A stretch of 64,000 nucleotides of DNA, from contig JAJQBX010000021.1 in assembly GCA_021203065.1 (NCBI GenBank), forward strand, positions 130,514 through 194,513, written 5' to 3'. The translations under genes and the position numbers were made by a program. Below the pieces are notes generated by a model, which worked only from the letters and a program-made list of their open reading frames with translations, had not been told where the DNA came from and did not search any database. The stretch is from Oscillospiraceae bacterium (GTDB lineage Bacteria; Bacillota; Clostridia; Oscillospirales; Ruminococcaceae). Positions 53,495 to 62,117 of this stretch are shown one piece after another (the first letter of the stretch is position 1; the number at the start of each line of letters is the position of its first letter).

Positions 53495-53499
53495 GTCAT

Positions 53500-54351
53500 A
53501 TGGATTTAATTAAGGACGTTTTTTTGGATGCGCTCATCGACACGGCAAAAATGCTGCCGTTTCTGTTTGGAGCGTATCTGCTGATAGAGTTTTTGGAGCA
53601 CAAGGCTAGCGACAGGCTTGCGAATTCGCTTAGAAAGATGGGACCTTTCGGACCTATCGGAGGCGCAATAATCGGCTGTGTGCCCCAGTGCGGATTTTCC
53701 GTGGCGGTAACCAATCTTTTCTCGGGAAGACTTGTCAGCCTTGGCACTCTCATCGCCGTATACATCGCCACAAGCGACGAAGCGATACCGATTCTTCTTT
53801 CCGGAGGAAATGCCGCAGATGTCGGCAAGCTTATCTTGGCAAAGCTCATTATAGCCGTTCTGGCAGGACTATTGGTGGACACAATTCTTCGTTTCTTCCA
53901 CCGTAAAGGCAACGAGGAGGAAGAGCCGTTCAGCGACCTCTGCGAGGGCTGTGGCTGTGAGGAGCATGGAGTGGTATATTCCGCTCTTAAGCACACCATC
54001 CAGATATTCATATTCCTGTTCATAACCTCGCTTGTTTTAGGCTTCGCAATCGAGCTATTGGGTGAGGACAGGCTCGGAAGCATCCTCATGACCGACAGCA
54101 TCTTCCAGCCATTCTTGGCGGCTCTTATAGGACTGATCCCGAACTGTGCCGCATCGGTGCTTCTTACAAATCTTTATGCCGCAGGAAGCCTTTCATTCGG
54201 TTCTGTAGTGGCAGGACTTTCGACCGGAGCGGGCTTGGGAATCGTCGTCCTCTTCAAGACCAACAAGCGGCTTAAGGAAAACATAGCAATCCTGCTGCTT
54301 CTGTACGCAATAGGCGCACTGAGCGGATTGATAATAAATCTTGTAATGTAA
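53500..54351 (+). CDS. Putative 10-TM metal (manganese/heavy-metal) transporter, ArsP_2-like family
   Basis: LPFLFGAYLLIEFLEH, GCVPQCGFSVA and SDEAIPIL motifs typical of that family. 283 aa. Confidence 0.65.
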   Translation: MDLIKDVFLDALIDTAKMLPFLFGAYLLIEFLEHKASDRLANSLRKMGPFGPIGGAIIGCVPQCGFSVAVTNLFSGRLVSLGTLIAVYIATSDEAIPILLSGGNAADVGKLILAKLIIAVLAGLLVDTILRFFHRKGNEEEEPFSDLCEGCGCEEHGVVYSALKHTIQIFIFLFITSLVLGFAIELLGEDRLGSILMTDSIFQPFLAALIGLIPNCAASVLLTNLYAAGSLSFGSVVAGLSTGAGLGIVVLFKTNKRLKENIAILLLLYAIGALSGLIINLVM

Positions 54352-54366
54352 AACGGAGGTACAACA

Positions 54367-54642
54367 ATGGACGAACAGCTTAACAGTGAAGAGATAGAAT
54401 TCAGGTATGACACCCAGCTTCTTATCGACGGTGAAAACCTCGACGAGGACGAAATCGACGACTACTTTGTAGAGCATTTCAAGGGCGACTGCCTCTTGGC
54501 ATACGGCGACGAGGAGACCATCAAGATCCACTACCACACAAACGAGCCGTGGAAGGTGCTTGAGTACTGCTCCACCCTTGGCGAAATCTACGACATAGTT
54601 GTCGAGGACATGAACCGTCAGGCAAGAGGCTTGAAGGGATAA
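54367..54642 (+). CDS. Small DAK2/YloV-related domain protein (kinase-to-dihydroxyacetone-kinase family fragment-like)
   Basis: GDCLLAYGDEETIKIHYHTNEPWKVLEYCSTLGEIYDIVVEDMNRQ matches the GDS..v......KvHvHT..P pattern of that family. Confidence 0.6.
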   Translation: MDEQLNSEEIEFRYDTQLLIDGENLDEDEIDDYFVEHFKGDCLLAYGDEETIKIHYHTNEPWKVLEYCSTLGEIYDIVVEDMNRQARGLKG

Positions 54643-54651
54643 AAAAATAAG

Positions 54652-54685
54652 GCGCAGTAATCTTTGGGAAGACTACTGCGCTTTT
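54652..54685. terminator. Bidirectional terminator
   Basis: GCGCAGTA-14 nt-TACTGCGC followed by TTTT, between convergent genes. Confidence 0.7.
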
Positions 54686-54695
54686 GCAAAAGCCG

Positions 54696-55409
54696 CTATT
54701 TTGTGGGCTCGATATAGGAAATCGGGTCGATCCATGCGTTCTCATACTTGAGCGCAAAGTGCAGGTGCGACTCCATATCCGCCTCAATATCCGCCGTGTT
54801 CCCGACCGTTCCTATGATCGTCCCCGAAGCAACAGTGTCGCCGACGCTTACTGAAATATCATCCGAAAGCCCGCAATAGTACCCGATAACCGTGTCACCG
54901 TGGTCAATGACGACGCAGTTTCCCCAGAGAGTGTCGCTGTAAATCTCCGTTACCGTCCCCGACGTCATCGACTTGACCGAAGTACCCTCCTCTGCGGCAA
55001 TATCAATCCCGTCATGGGTCTTCCAGACGCTTCCCGAGGTCTTCACAAGCTCTCCCCACGAGAATTCAGTGAGAATCTCGCCCGACACCGGCAGGACTTT
55101 TGCTTCCTCATAGAAAAGCGTCTCAAGCTCCTCTGTGATGTCTTGGGAGTCGACCTGCGAGGAATCCTCCTCGACAATCACCGCCTCGTCTGTCTTTTCG
55201 GCATCGGTGACAACCGAGTCGACTGATTCGTAGCTGTCGAGGTCTGGAAGCTCGAGCGTGTCGCTCACATCCGGTATAAGCGTCTCGGTAAGAGACCCCA
55301 CCGCCACCCGGTAACCGACCGCCGTAGCCACTCCCACCGCCAAGATTCCCACGCACAAGGCAATGTACACGCCACTTGATTTAAGACTCTTTTTGACTTT
55401 ATCATTCAT
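54696..55409 (-). CDS. M23-family metallopeptidase, membrane-anchored
   Basis: N-terminal TM helix. HDGIDIAA and HLHFAL zinc motifs. Confidence 0.85.
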   Translation of the reverse strand: MNDKVKKSLKSSGVYIALCVGILAVGVATAVGYRVAVGSLTETLIPDVSDTLELPDLDSYESVDSVVTDAEKTDEAVIVEEDSSQVDSQDITEELETLFYEEAKVLPVSGEILTEFSWGELVKTSGSVWKTHDGIDIAAEEGTSVKSMTSGTVTEIYSDTLWGNCVVIDHGDTVIGYYCGLSDDISVSVGDTVASGTIIGTVGNTADIEADMESHLHFALKYENAWIDPISYIEPTK

Positions 55410-55496
55410 ACTAAACTTGCACTCGCTTTCTGCCCAAAGGGCGTTCTTTAAAGCTAAGTATTAGCAGATTTTTTGGAAATATACATGGAGGACAAT

Positions 55497-55990
55497 ATGG
55501 ACAACTCAACTCTCTGTTACATCGAAAAAGACGGCTCATACCTCATGATGCACCGAGTCAAAAAGCAAAACGACCTCAACCACGACAAGTGGATTGGCAT
55601 CGGCGGGCATTTCGAGCAGGGCGAGTCGCCCTATGACTGCGTCAGGCGTGAAGCTTTCGAGGAGACCGGCGTCACTCTCATAAATCCCCGCTACCGTGGC
55701 ATCGTGACTTTCGTCACTGACGACACCTACACCGAGCAGATGCACTTATTTACATGCACCGAATACGCAGGAGACCTGACCCTCGACTGCAATGAGGGCG
55801 ACCTCGAATGGGTCAGAAAGTCAGAAATAAAAAACCTCCCCATCTGGGAGGGGATAAGATATTCTTTGAGCTTTTGGATAGGGGAGAGCCGTTCTTTTCG
55901 TTGAAATTGGTGTATGAAAATGACGATTTAAAAGAAATTGTTCTGAATGGCGAGAAACCCCTTGACAACCACCCACAGTTTATGTTATAA
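55497..55990 (+). pseudogene. NUDIX hydrolase (MutT/8-oxo-dGTPase-like) with an apparent 1-nt frameshift in a G run
   Basis: Nudix box GIGGHFEQGESPYDCVRREAFEETGV. The frame of 55473..55904 reads ...LPIWEG and then non-homologous residues. The shifted frame (track ORF 55808..55990) continues GDKIFFELLDRGEPFFSLKLVYENDDLKEIVLNGE, the normal family C-terminus. The shift lies at GGGG 55850-55853. Confidence 0.55.
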
Positions 55991-55991
55991 T
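55962..55991 (+). promoter_or_regulatory. Sigma-A promoter TTGACA-18-TATAAT, paralogous to the promoter at 414
   Basis: ccCTTGACAACCaCCCAC...TATAAT. TTGACA at 55962-55967 and TATAAT at 55986-55991. Confidence 0.65.
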
Positions 55992-55997
55992 TAGATG

Positions 55998-56157
55998 AGG
56001 GAATTAAAATAAGTACTTGCTTATAATTTGATTCCCAAAAAGCCCAATTTGCGTGGGGGGTAGCGCACTTCGTGCGCATACCCATACAAACCTCCATACC
56101 GAAAGTATAGGAGGTTACATCTATATAGCCTCCTGAGAAAAACAAGGAGGATTTTTT
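55998..56157 (+). promoter_or_regulatory. Structured 5' leader paralogous to 449-680, with an SD-sequestering hairpin
   Basis: GCGUGGGGGGUA[GCGCAC-uucg-UGCGC]AUACCC. Shared CCCAUACAAACCUCC. ACCUCC (56090-56095) pairs with GGAGGU (56110-56115). CCUCCU (56129-56134) pairs with the SD AGGAGG (56145-56150). Confidence 0.5.
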
Positions 56158-57807
56158 ATGAAGAAATTATTGGCATTGTTTTTATCGGTCGTGTTAGTCA
56201 TGACGCTCATTCCGTCAACCGTGTTTGCGACTGGACAGGCGAGTGGGACTGGGACTGCCATTTCCGGACAGCTCAATTTATCAAGCCTCACCGAAAGTGA
56301 CAGCGACGACGGTTGGAGCTGGGATGCGGATTCCAAAACTTTTACGCTTACCAATCTGACGATTACTAATGATGGCAATTATAGAAGCGCAATTGTATTG
56401 CCCGCTGATGCAGATGGTGGTATGATTACTATTGTTTTGGAGGGAGATAACTATATTTCCGACTTCGATCAGACGTCCGGAAGAGCCTTTGTTGTTGGCT
56501 CCGACACTAATGCCAGTTCCAGCGGTGATCTGACGCTGACTGGTGATGGCTCACTTACAATTTCAGATTGTGGATGGGTTCAAAATGGCTCTTTCACGAA
56601 TGTGATAATAGATAATACAACTATTACTGCTGAAACCGTCAGCGGTTGGACGGTTGGCGGAACTCTCACCATACAGGATTCTGACGTAACTATCAATGCC
56701 ACCGGAACTTACAATGCTCTTTATGCGGTAGAAAGTATTATAATCATTGACAGTACAGTAACTGCTTCCGCTCCCAACAGCAGTAATGCTGTAATTGCAA
56801 CACAGAACACAAGAAGCTCCGGCACTACTGAGGCTGATTTTGTCATCGAAAACAGCACCATCATTATAAGTGGTGGTTTGGGATGGGGACTTTGGTGTAG
56901 TTCCTACTACGGAACGTCATCTATGACCATCACGGATTCTGATATTACTATAGCCAGTGCTGCCGGAGCATACTCCGCCGATTCTCTTACTTTGATTGGC
57001 GATGTAAACATCCTTACAACAAGCAACAGACAGGTTTTACTCAGCGATTCAATTGATACAGATGAGTTGGCAGAGGATGCGGTTATTCAGGGCTATTCCC
57101 GTCAGGGGAACGACATGTTCTATTTCACCGATTATACTCTCACATCTGAGTTCTCAGTTATATCAGGTCGTACTCTGACCATCCCTGAGGGCGTAACGCT
57201 TACTTTGGCTGATGACGTCATACTGTCTTCGGTCGATGAGGGCGCAATCATTAATAATGGCACTATTATTGTACCGTGCACCAGCACGGGAGGCGTTGCT
57301 GATGGGTCACTGAGCGTGGGAAGCAATAGCGTCAGCATGGAGCACAGCTATGACGCCAGCAATATCGTCTGGGATTTCGACAACGCCACTGCCACATTTA
57401 CATGCTCAGGTTGCGGCGAAGTGCAGACTGTCGAAGCTACTGTAACCTCCGTAACCCAATCCAATGCAATAGTTTACACAGCAACCGTCGAGCTCGACGG
57501 CGTGACCTACACAGCCACCAAAACCGTGAGTACGAGCGTCCCGACTACCTCCGCAGACTACTCTGCCGTCCGTGAAGCAATAGCCAAGGCAAACGCCCTC
57601 AACCCCGACGACTATGAGGACTTCTCGGATGTCAAGAGGGCTATTACAAATGTCGACTGGACGCTGAGCAGTTCTAACCAGAGTGTCGTAAACTCAATGG
57701 CAGCCGCCATCAACGAAGCCATCGCCAACCTCGTCCCCGTTTCTGCGGAGGAAGTAGTAGTCGATGAGCCAATCGAGGGAACAGACACAGAAGTTGAAGC
57801 TGACTGA
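56158..57807 (+). CDS. Secreted beta-helix-like surface protein, paralog of 7705..10302 (shared C-terminal module)
   Basis: Signal peptide MKKLLALFLSVVLVMTLIPSTVFA. T/S/G-rich repeats. The C-terminal 83 aa match 69/83 residues of the 7705 protein by hand count. Confidence 0.8.
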   Translation: MKKLLALFLSVVLVMTLIPSTVFATGQASGTGTAISGQLNLSSLTESDSDDGWSWDADSKTFTLTNLTITNDGNYRSAIVLPADADGGMITIVLEGDNYISDFDQTSGRAFVVGSDTNASSSGDLTLTGDGSLTISDCGWVQNGSFTNVIIDNTTITAETVSGWTVGGTLTIQDSDVTINATGTYNALYAVESIIIIDSTVTASAPNSSNAVIATQNTRSSGTTEADFVIENSTIIISGGLGWGLWCSSYYGTSSMTITDSDITIASAAGAYSADSLTLIGDVNILTTSNRQVLLSDSIDTDELAEDAVIQGYSRQGNDMFYFTDYTLTSEFSVISGRTLTIPEGVTLTLADDVILSSVDEGAIINNGTIIVPCTSTGGVADGSLSVGSNSVSMEHSYDASNIVWDFDNATATFTCSGCGEVQTVEATVTSVTQSNAIVYTATVELDGVTYTATKTVSTSVPTTSADYSAVREAIAKANALNPDDYEDFSDVKRAITNVDWTLSSSNQSVVNSMAAAINEAIANLVPVSAEEVVVDEPIEGTDTEVEAD

Positions 57808-57814
57808 GGGGGTT

Positions 57815-57877
57815 ACCACCGACACCTCTCCATATCCACCTTACCCTCACCCGTAAGCTCCACACCTTCACTCTCTA
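57815..57877 (-). pseudogene. Remnant of the last ~20 codons of an MGMT/ogt-like gene
   Basis: The minus strand translates ESEGVELTGEGKVDMERCRW*. The intact gene at 59437..59745 ends ESEGVEFTGEGKVDMERFRWQNL*. Confidence 0.6.
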
Positions 57878-57881
57878 AAAG

Positions 57882-57906
57882 CCGATGCCTCACTGCATCG
57901 GTTTTT
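57882..57906 (+). terminator. Intrinsic terminator of 56158..57807
   Basis: CCGATGC-ctcact-GCATCGG followed by TTTTT. Confidence 0.65.
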
Positions 57907-58042
57907 ATTTTGTGCATTTTCAACAATTTTCGCTTTGTTCGGTGTTTCATTTTGTACTTGCGGGGGGGTAACGGTGTGTTATAATGTAGGTGAAATTTAG
58001 TAAAAATTTCGTCTTATTTTATACATTTGAGGTGTGGGATAT

Positions 58043-59131
58043 ATGCAAAAACAATCACTAACCAAGTTTTTTATAGTTGCGACCTTTATTTTGATGTGTT
58101 GTATTTTTACTTCATGTAGCGCAACTGTCACGAGTAATTCAAATTTTGAGGATAACAGTAGTAGTCAATCTGATTCTTCGAGCAATGTCAATACAACTAC
58201 GAGTGAAAGTGATATTATAGAAGATGTAATTGCCAACGACTCATATTTTGAGGATTTCGGTTTAACTGTAATTTCATATGAAGTAGAAAAGCGACAGACT
58301 AACGAAGATGATAAGACGGATTATGTGTGGTTCAATGTTGTTGCTGACAATGATACTTTTGAATATACAGCATCCTACAAAATCTCGTATGGCTTGTATA
58401 ATGACGGCTGGCTGCTTGACGATATTGAGAAGACTTCATGCGGAGGCACTCCGATTGCTGGCTCTAATTATTCTGAAGACGACTTATTGAGCGTTCTTTC
58501 ATTCTTGGGATATGACGTAGTTAGTAATATCACTGTTTATGGTCATGAAACTAATTTAGAAGAGGAGACAGATAAATACTATCTTACGTTTACTGACACT
58601 AGTACATATATGACTGAATACTTAGACATAACTCTTTCTTTCTACTTTACTGTGCCTGATATGTGGATAGGATGGTATGATTATACAGTGAATGCTTCCG
58701 TAGAAGAATGGCATATAGCTGGAACTTATCTCGAAGGAACATGGCGAACTTATCAGATTTTTGATGAGTATCCTATTAGTGATATGACGATTGAAACCAT
58801 ATACATTGGTGGCGGTTTAAACTCTGTTTCTGAATATACATTACCTTACTTATACAGTGTAGATTCTCTTTCAACAAAAAGTTTAATTCTTGACATAACC
58901 TATTCATCAAATACAAAAAAGAAAATCAACACAGATAATTATAGTACAAAGATAAATGGGGATTATAATTCTATGTCTTCTTTCAGGTATGTTGCAATGA
59001 ACAGTGGCTCTACGCTAATTTTTATAGGCAAGGATGATATTGCAATTAGTGGCGATGCGTGGATTGAAGTTAGCGATAGCTTGCGAACTGTTTATTTGGA
59101 TATATGTAAGGTGACTCCACTTAACGATTAA
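58043..59131 (+). CDS. Low-GC lipoprotein, hypothetical
   Basis: MQKQSLTKFFIVATFILMCCIFTSC-SAT lipobox, followed by a Ser/Asn-rich linker. Clearly AT-rich versus neighbours. No domain recognised. Confidence 0.7.
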   Translation: MQKQSLTKFFIVATFILMCCIFTSCSATVTSNSNFEDNSSSQSDSSSNVNTTTSESDIIEDVIANDSYFEDFGLTVISYEVEKRQTNEDDKTDYVWFNVVADNDTFEYTASYKISYGLYNDGWLLDDIEKTSCGGTPIAGSNYSEDDLLSVLSFLGYDVVSNITVYGHETNLEEETDKYYLTFTDTSTYMTEYLDITLSFYFTVPDMWIGWYDYTVNASVEEWHIAGTYLEGTWRTYQIFDEYPISDMTIETIYIGGGLNSVSEYTLPYLYSVDSLSTKSLILDITYSSNTKKKINTDNYSTKINGDYNSMSSFRYVAMNSGSTLIFIGKDDIAISGDAWIEVSDSLRTVYLDICKVTPLND

Positions 59132-59245
59132 CGCTTTAATTGCTTTAAAGAACAAATTCTATCTTATCGGATGAGCTTTCTTCAAAGTGATTACATACAT
59201 TTTATATCCTTTATTTTGGTACGATTTTTTTGAGAGAAGAAAATT

Positions 59246-59424
59246 GGCTCCCCTGCTAAGGGGACACTTGCTTTTGGCAAGCCGCTGTCAGCGAAGCTGA
59301 CTGAGGGGTGCGCGAGCCCGCAGGGCGAGCGCGTCGCCGGAGGTGACAAAAAGTAGGGGCGGATACCATCCGCCCGAACCCACAGCACAGACGTTAGCGG
59401 GCGGGCAGTTAGCGAAGCTAACTG
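59246..59424. repeat. Composite REP-like palindromic element (several hairpins incl. two GCGAAGC loops); includes the terminator for ogt/GH31 on the minus strand
   Basis: GGCTCCCCTgctaAGGGGA ... GCTGTCAGCgaaGCTGAC TGAGGGGTGCGCGAGCCCgcaGGGCGAGCGCG ... GGGCGGAtaccaTCCGCCC ... CAGTTAGCgaaGCTAACTG. Confidence 0.75.
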
Positions 59425-59436
59425 TATATCCAGCCC

Positions 59437-59745
59437 CTACAGATTCTGCCACCTGAATCTCTCCATATCCACCTTCCCCTCACCCGTAAACTCCACACCT
59501 TCGCTTTCGAGTAATTCCCTCTGCCGATTCTCTCCCCCAAACGCAAACGCCGGAGAAAGCGAGCCGTCACGCATGACGACTCTGTGGCAGGGGATGACTC
59601 CCGGTTCGGGGTTTCGGTGGAGGGCATAGCCTACAACACGGGACCATTTGGGATTACCTGAAAGAGTGGCTACCTGTCCATAGGTAGCCACTTTTCCTTT
59701 GGGTATAAGTTTAACAGTCTCGTATATAATCTCGAAGCTCGACAT
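59437..59745 (-). CDS. ogt: Methylated-DNA--protein-cysteine methyltransferase (single MGMT DNA-binding/active-site domain)
   Basis: IPCHRVV active-site motif. 102 aa. Confidence 0.85.
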   Translation of the reverse strand: MSSFEIIYETVKLIPKGKVATYGQVATLSGNPKWSRVVGYALHRNPEPGVIPCHRVVMRDGSLSPAFAFGGENRQRELLESEGVEFTGEGKVDMERFRWQNL

Positions 59746-59748
59746 GGC

Positions 59749-62088
59749 TTAAAGATCGATTTCAACTGATGTAGAACCGGCAGGGCAGGAGACTGCCTTG
59801 TCAGTGTTACTCAGCTTGACAGTGAAGTCGCAGTCGCACTTGTTGTAGCTGACGGTGACGGTGTTGCCGGAGCGTGTTGCGGTGATTTCAGTAATCCTGA
59901 CAGCTTCCTTGTCGTAGACAACAGCGGAAGCGGTCTTGCCGTCGTCGAGCTCGTAGATGACGACTTCTGAATTACTCATGTAGTCATACTCGAAATCTCT
60001 CTTGAAATCGCCCCAGACGATGATGGAGTTGGGCTTCGCAAGGACCGGCATGCGGAAGTAGTTCATCTTTTCACGGTGCCACTTCTCGCCCTCGTAGACC
60101 TCGCCGGTGATGACGTCGGTCCATTTGCCTGCGGGCAAGTACCAGAGAGCATCGCTGCGGTCGTTCATAATGGGAGCGCAGAGGAGGTTGTCGCCAAGCA
60201 TGTACTGCGTGTCGATGGTCTTGCAGGTCGGATCATCAGGATAGCTCATGACCATCGCCCTCATCATCGGAACGCCTTTAATGTGCGTCTTTACAGCCTG
60301 AGAGAAGATGTAGGGCATCAGCTTGCCCTTTAATTTTGTGAAGAAGCCTAATACGTCGCAAGCCTCGTCGTCAAAGAGCCACGGAACTCTGTAGGAGCTG
60401 TTTCCGTGAAGCCTTGAGTGGGTGGAAAGGAGACCGAAAGCGCACCAACGCTTGTAGATGTCGGGTGTGGCGGTCGATTCGAAGCCGGAAATGTCATGCG
60501 AGAAGAAGCCGAAGCCGGAGAGCGAAAGTGAAAGCCCGCCACGGAGGGTCTCAGCCATCGAGCTGTATTCAGCCGAGCAGTCGCCGCCCCAGTGAACAGG
60601 GAACTTCTGCGAGCCGGCAGTTGCGCTTCTTGCAAAGAGGCAAGCCTTGTTCTCGCCGTAATAGTCCTTAAGAACGTTGAAAACAGTCTGGTTGTATAAG
60701 TAGGTGTAGTAGTTGTGCATCTTGATCGGGTCTGCGCCGTTGTAGTAGACGCATTCGGTCGGGATTCTCTCACCGAAGTCGGTCTTGAAGCAGTCAACGC
60801 CCATTTCGCAGAGGGTTCTTAGCTTACTTGCATACCACTCGCAAGCCGCAGGATTAGTGAAATCTACTATAGCCATTCCCGGCTGCCACATGTCGCACTG
60901 GAAGACTGAGCCGTCGGGGTTCAGAATGAAGTAGTCGTTCTCTACACCCTCGTCAAAGAGCTTCGAACGCTGTGAAATATATGGGTTGATCCATACGCAG
61001 GTCTTGAGCCCCTTGTCGTCGTGAAGACGCTTGAGCATTGCCGGGGGATCGGGGAACTGCTTTAAATCCCATTCAAAATTGCACCATTCATATTCTTTCA
61101 TCCAGAAGCAGTCAAAGTGGAAGACAGAAAGGGGAATATCCCTCTCAGCCATGCCGTCGATGAATGATGTTATGGTAGCCTCGTCATACTGAGTTGTGAA
61201 CGAGGTAGTGAGCCAGAGACCGAATGTATAAGCCGGAGGAAGTGCAGGCTTGCCGGTGAGGGTGGTGTAATTCGAAAGAACCTCTTCAAGATTCTCTCCG
61301 CCGATAACGAAGTATTCAAGGCTCTCACCGGGGAGGGTGATGGAGACTTTGGATACTGTATCGGAAGCCACTTCGAAAGATACATTATCCGAAGAATTGA
61401 CGAACACGCCATAGCCGTTAGACGAAACATAGAAAGGAATCGACTTGTAGGACTGGTCGCAGCATGTTCCGCCGTCAGCGTTCCATACCTGAACCGACTG
61501 ACCGTTCTTGACAAACGGAGTGAACTTCTCGCCGAAGCCGTATACATACTCTCCGACATCCAAGGCGAGCTGCTCACGGATGTATGAAGTGTGCGCATCC
61601 GCAGGATAAGCCCAGAATGTGTCGTCGATGTGGGTTGCAAGCCGCTTTTCAGCATGGCTGTTCTGCTCAGTGATGTAGCTCAAAGCCCTGTAGCTTCCGC
61701 CTGTCAGGTGTTTGTCGCCATAGTAATACTCAATGCCCCAGTTTTCCTTGTTGATGACAACCTTGGTATTGCCGCTAACGATAGTGGCGCGCTTTTCGCC
61801 GTTCTCGACCGTTGGCTTGAAGCCGGTGTCCTCATTCAAATCAAACTTCGGCGAATCATCAAGAGTCCCCTTATAGTGGACAACCGAGACCTTGAAAACA
61901 TTCTCCATGGTGGAGGTGATTTCAAGCTCAAGTGTCGGTCCTCCAAGAGTCTGACCACGGTTCCATATCTTGGCGTTTGTTGCAAGAATTCTGACGCCGT
62001 TCGGGATTTCGTCCACCTCATAAGCCTCGCAGGCATAGTTGACCGAATACCCGACCTGATTAAGCCAATATCCGTCTGCAAATTTCAT
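59749..62088 (-). CDS. Glycoside hydrolase family 31 (alpha-xylosidase/alpha-glucosidase, YicI-like)
   Basis: KTDFGE and HWGGDC catalytic-region motifs. 779 aa, no signal peptide. Confidence 0.85.
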   Translation of the reverse strand: MKFADGYWLNQVGYSVNYACEAYEVDEIPNGVRILATNAKIWNRGQTLGGPTLELEITSTMENVFKVSVVHYKGTLDDSPKFDLNEDTGFKPTVENGEKRATIVSGNTKVVINKENWGIEYYYGDKHLTGGSYRALSYITEQNSHAEKRLATHIDDTFWAYPADAHTSYIREQLALDVGEYVYGFGEKFTPFVKNGQSVQVWNADGGTCCDQSYKSIPFYVSSNGYGVFVNSSDNVSFEVASDTVSKVSITLPGESLEYFVIGGENLEEVLSNYTTLTGKPALPPAYTFGLWLTTSFTTQYDEATITSFIDGMAERDIPLSVFHFDCFWMKEYEWCNFEWDLKQFPDPPAMLKRLHDDKGLKTCVWINPYISQRSKLFDEGVENDYFILNPDGSVFQCDMWQPGMAIVDFTNPAACEWYASKLRTLCEMGVDCFKTDFGERIPTECVYYNGADPIKMHNYYTYLYNQTVFNVLKDYYGENKACLFARSATAGSQKFPVHWGGDCSAEYSSMAETLRGGLSLSLSGFGFFSHDISGFESTATPDIYKRWCAFGLLSTHSRLHGNSSYRVPWLFDDEACDVLGFFTKLKGKLMPYIFSQAVKTHIKGVPMMRAMVMSYPDDPTCKTIDTQYMLGDNLLCAPIMNDRSDALWYLPAGKWTDVITGEVYEGEKWHREKMNYFRMPVLAKPNSIIVWGDFKRDFEYDYMSNSEVVIYELDDGKTASAVVYDKEAVRITEITATRSGNTVTVSYNKCDCDFTVKLSNTDKAVSCPAGSTSVEIDL

Positions 62089-62117
62089 GTTGCATTCATC
62101 CTTTCATATTTTTGTGT

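Noticed and set aside
53426-53499. A yybP-ykoY (Mn2+) riboswitch upstream of the putative manganese transporter.
   Set aside because: Only a GGGGAG string resembles the motif. The UTR is ~70 nt, and copies of the same repeat family elsewhere explain it fully. It lacks the four-helix architecture and the conserved UUGACA/AGACC elements.
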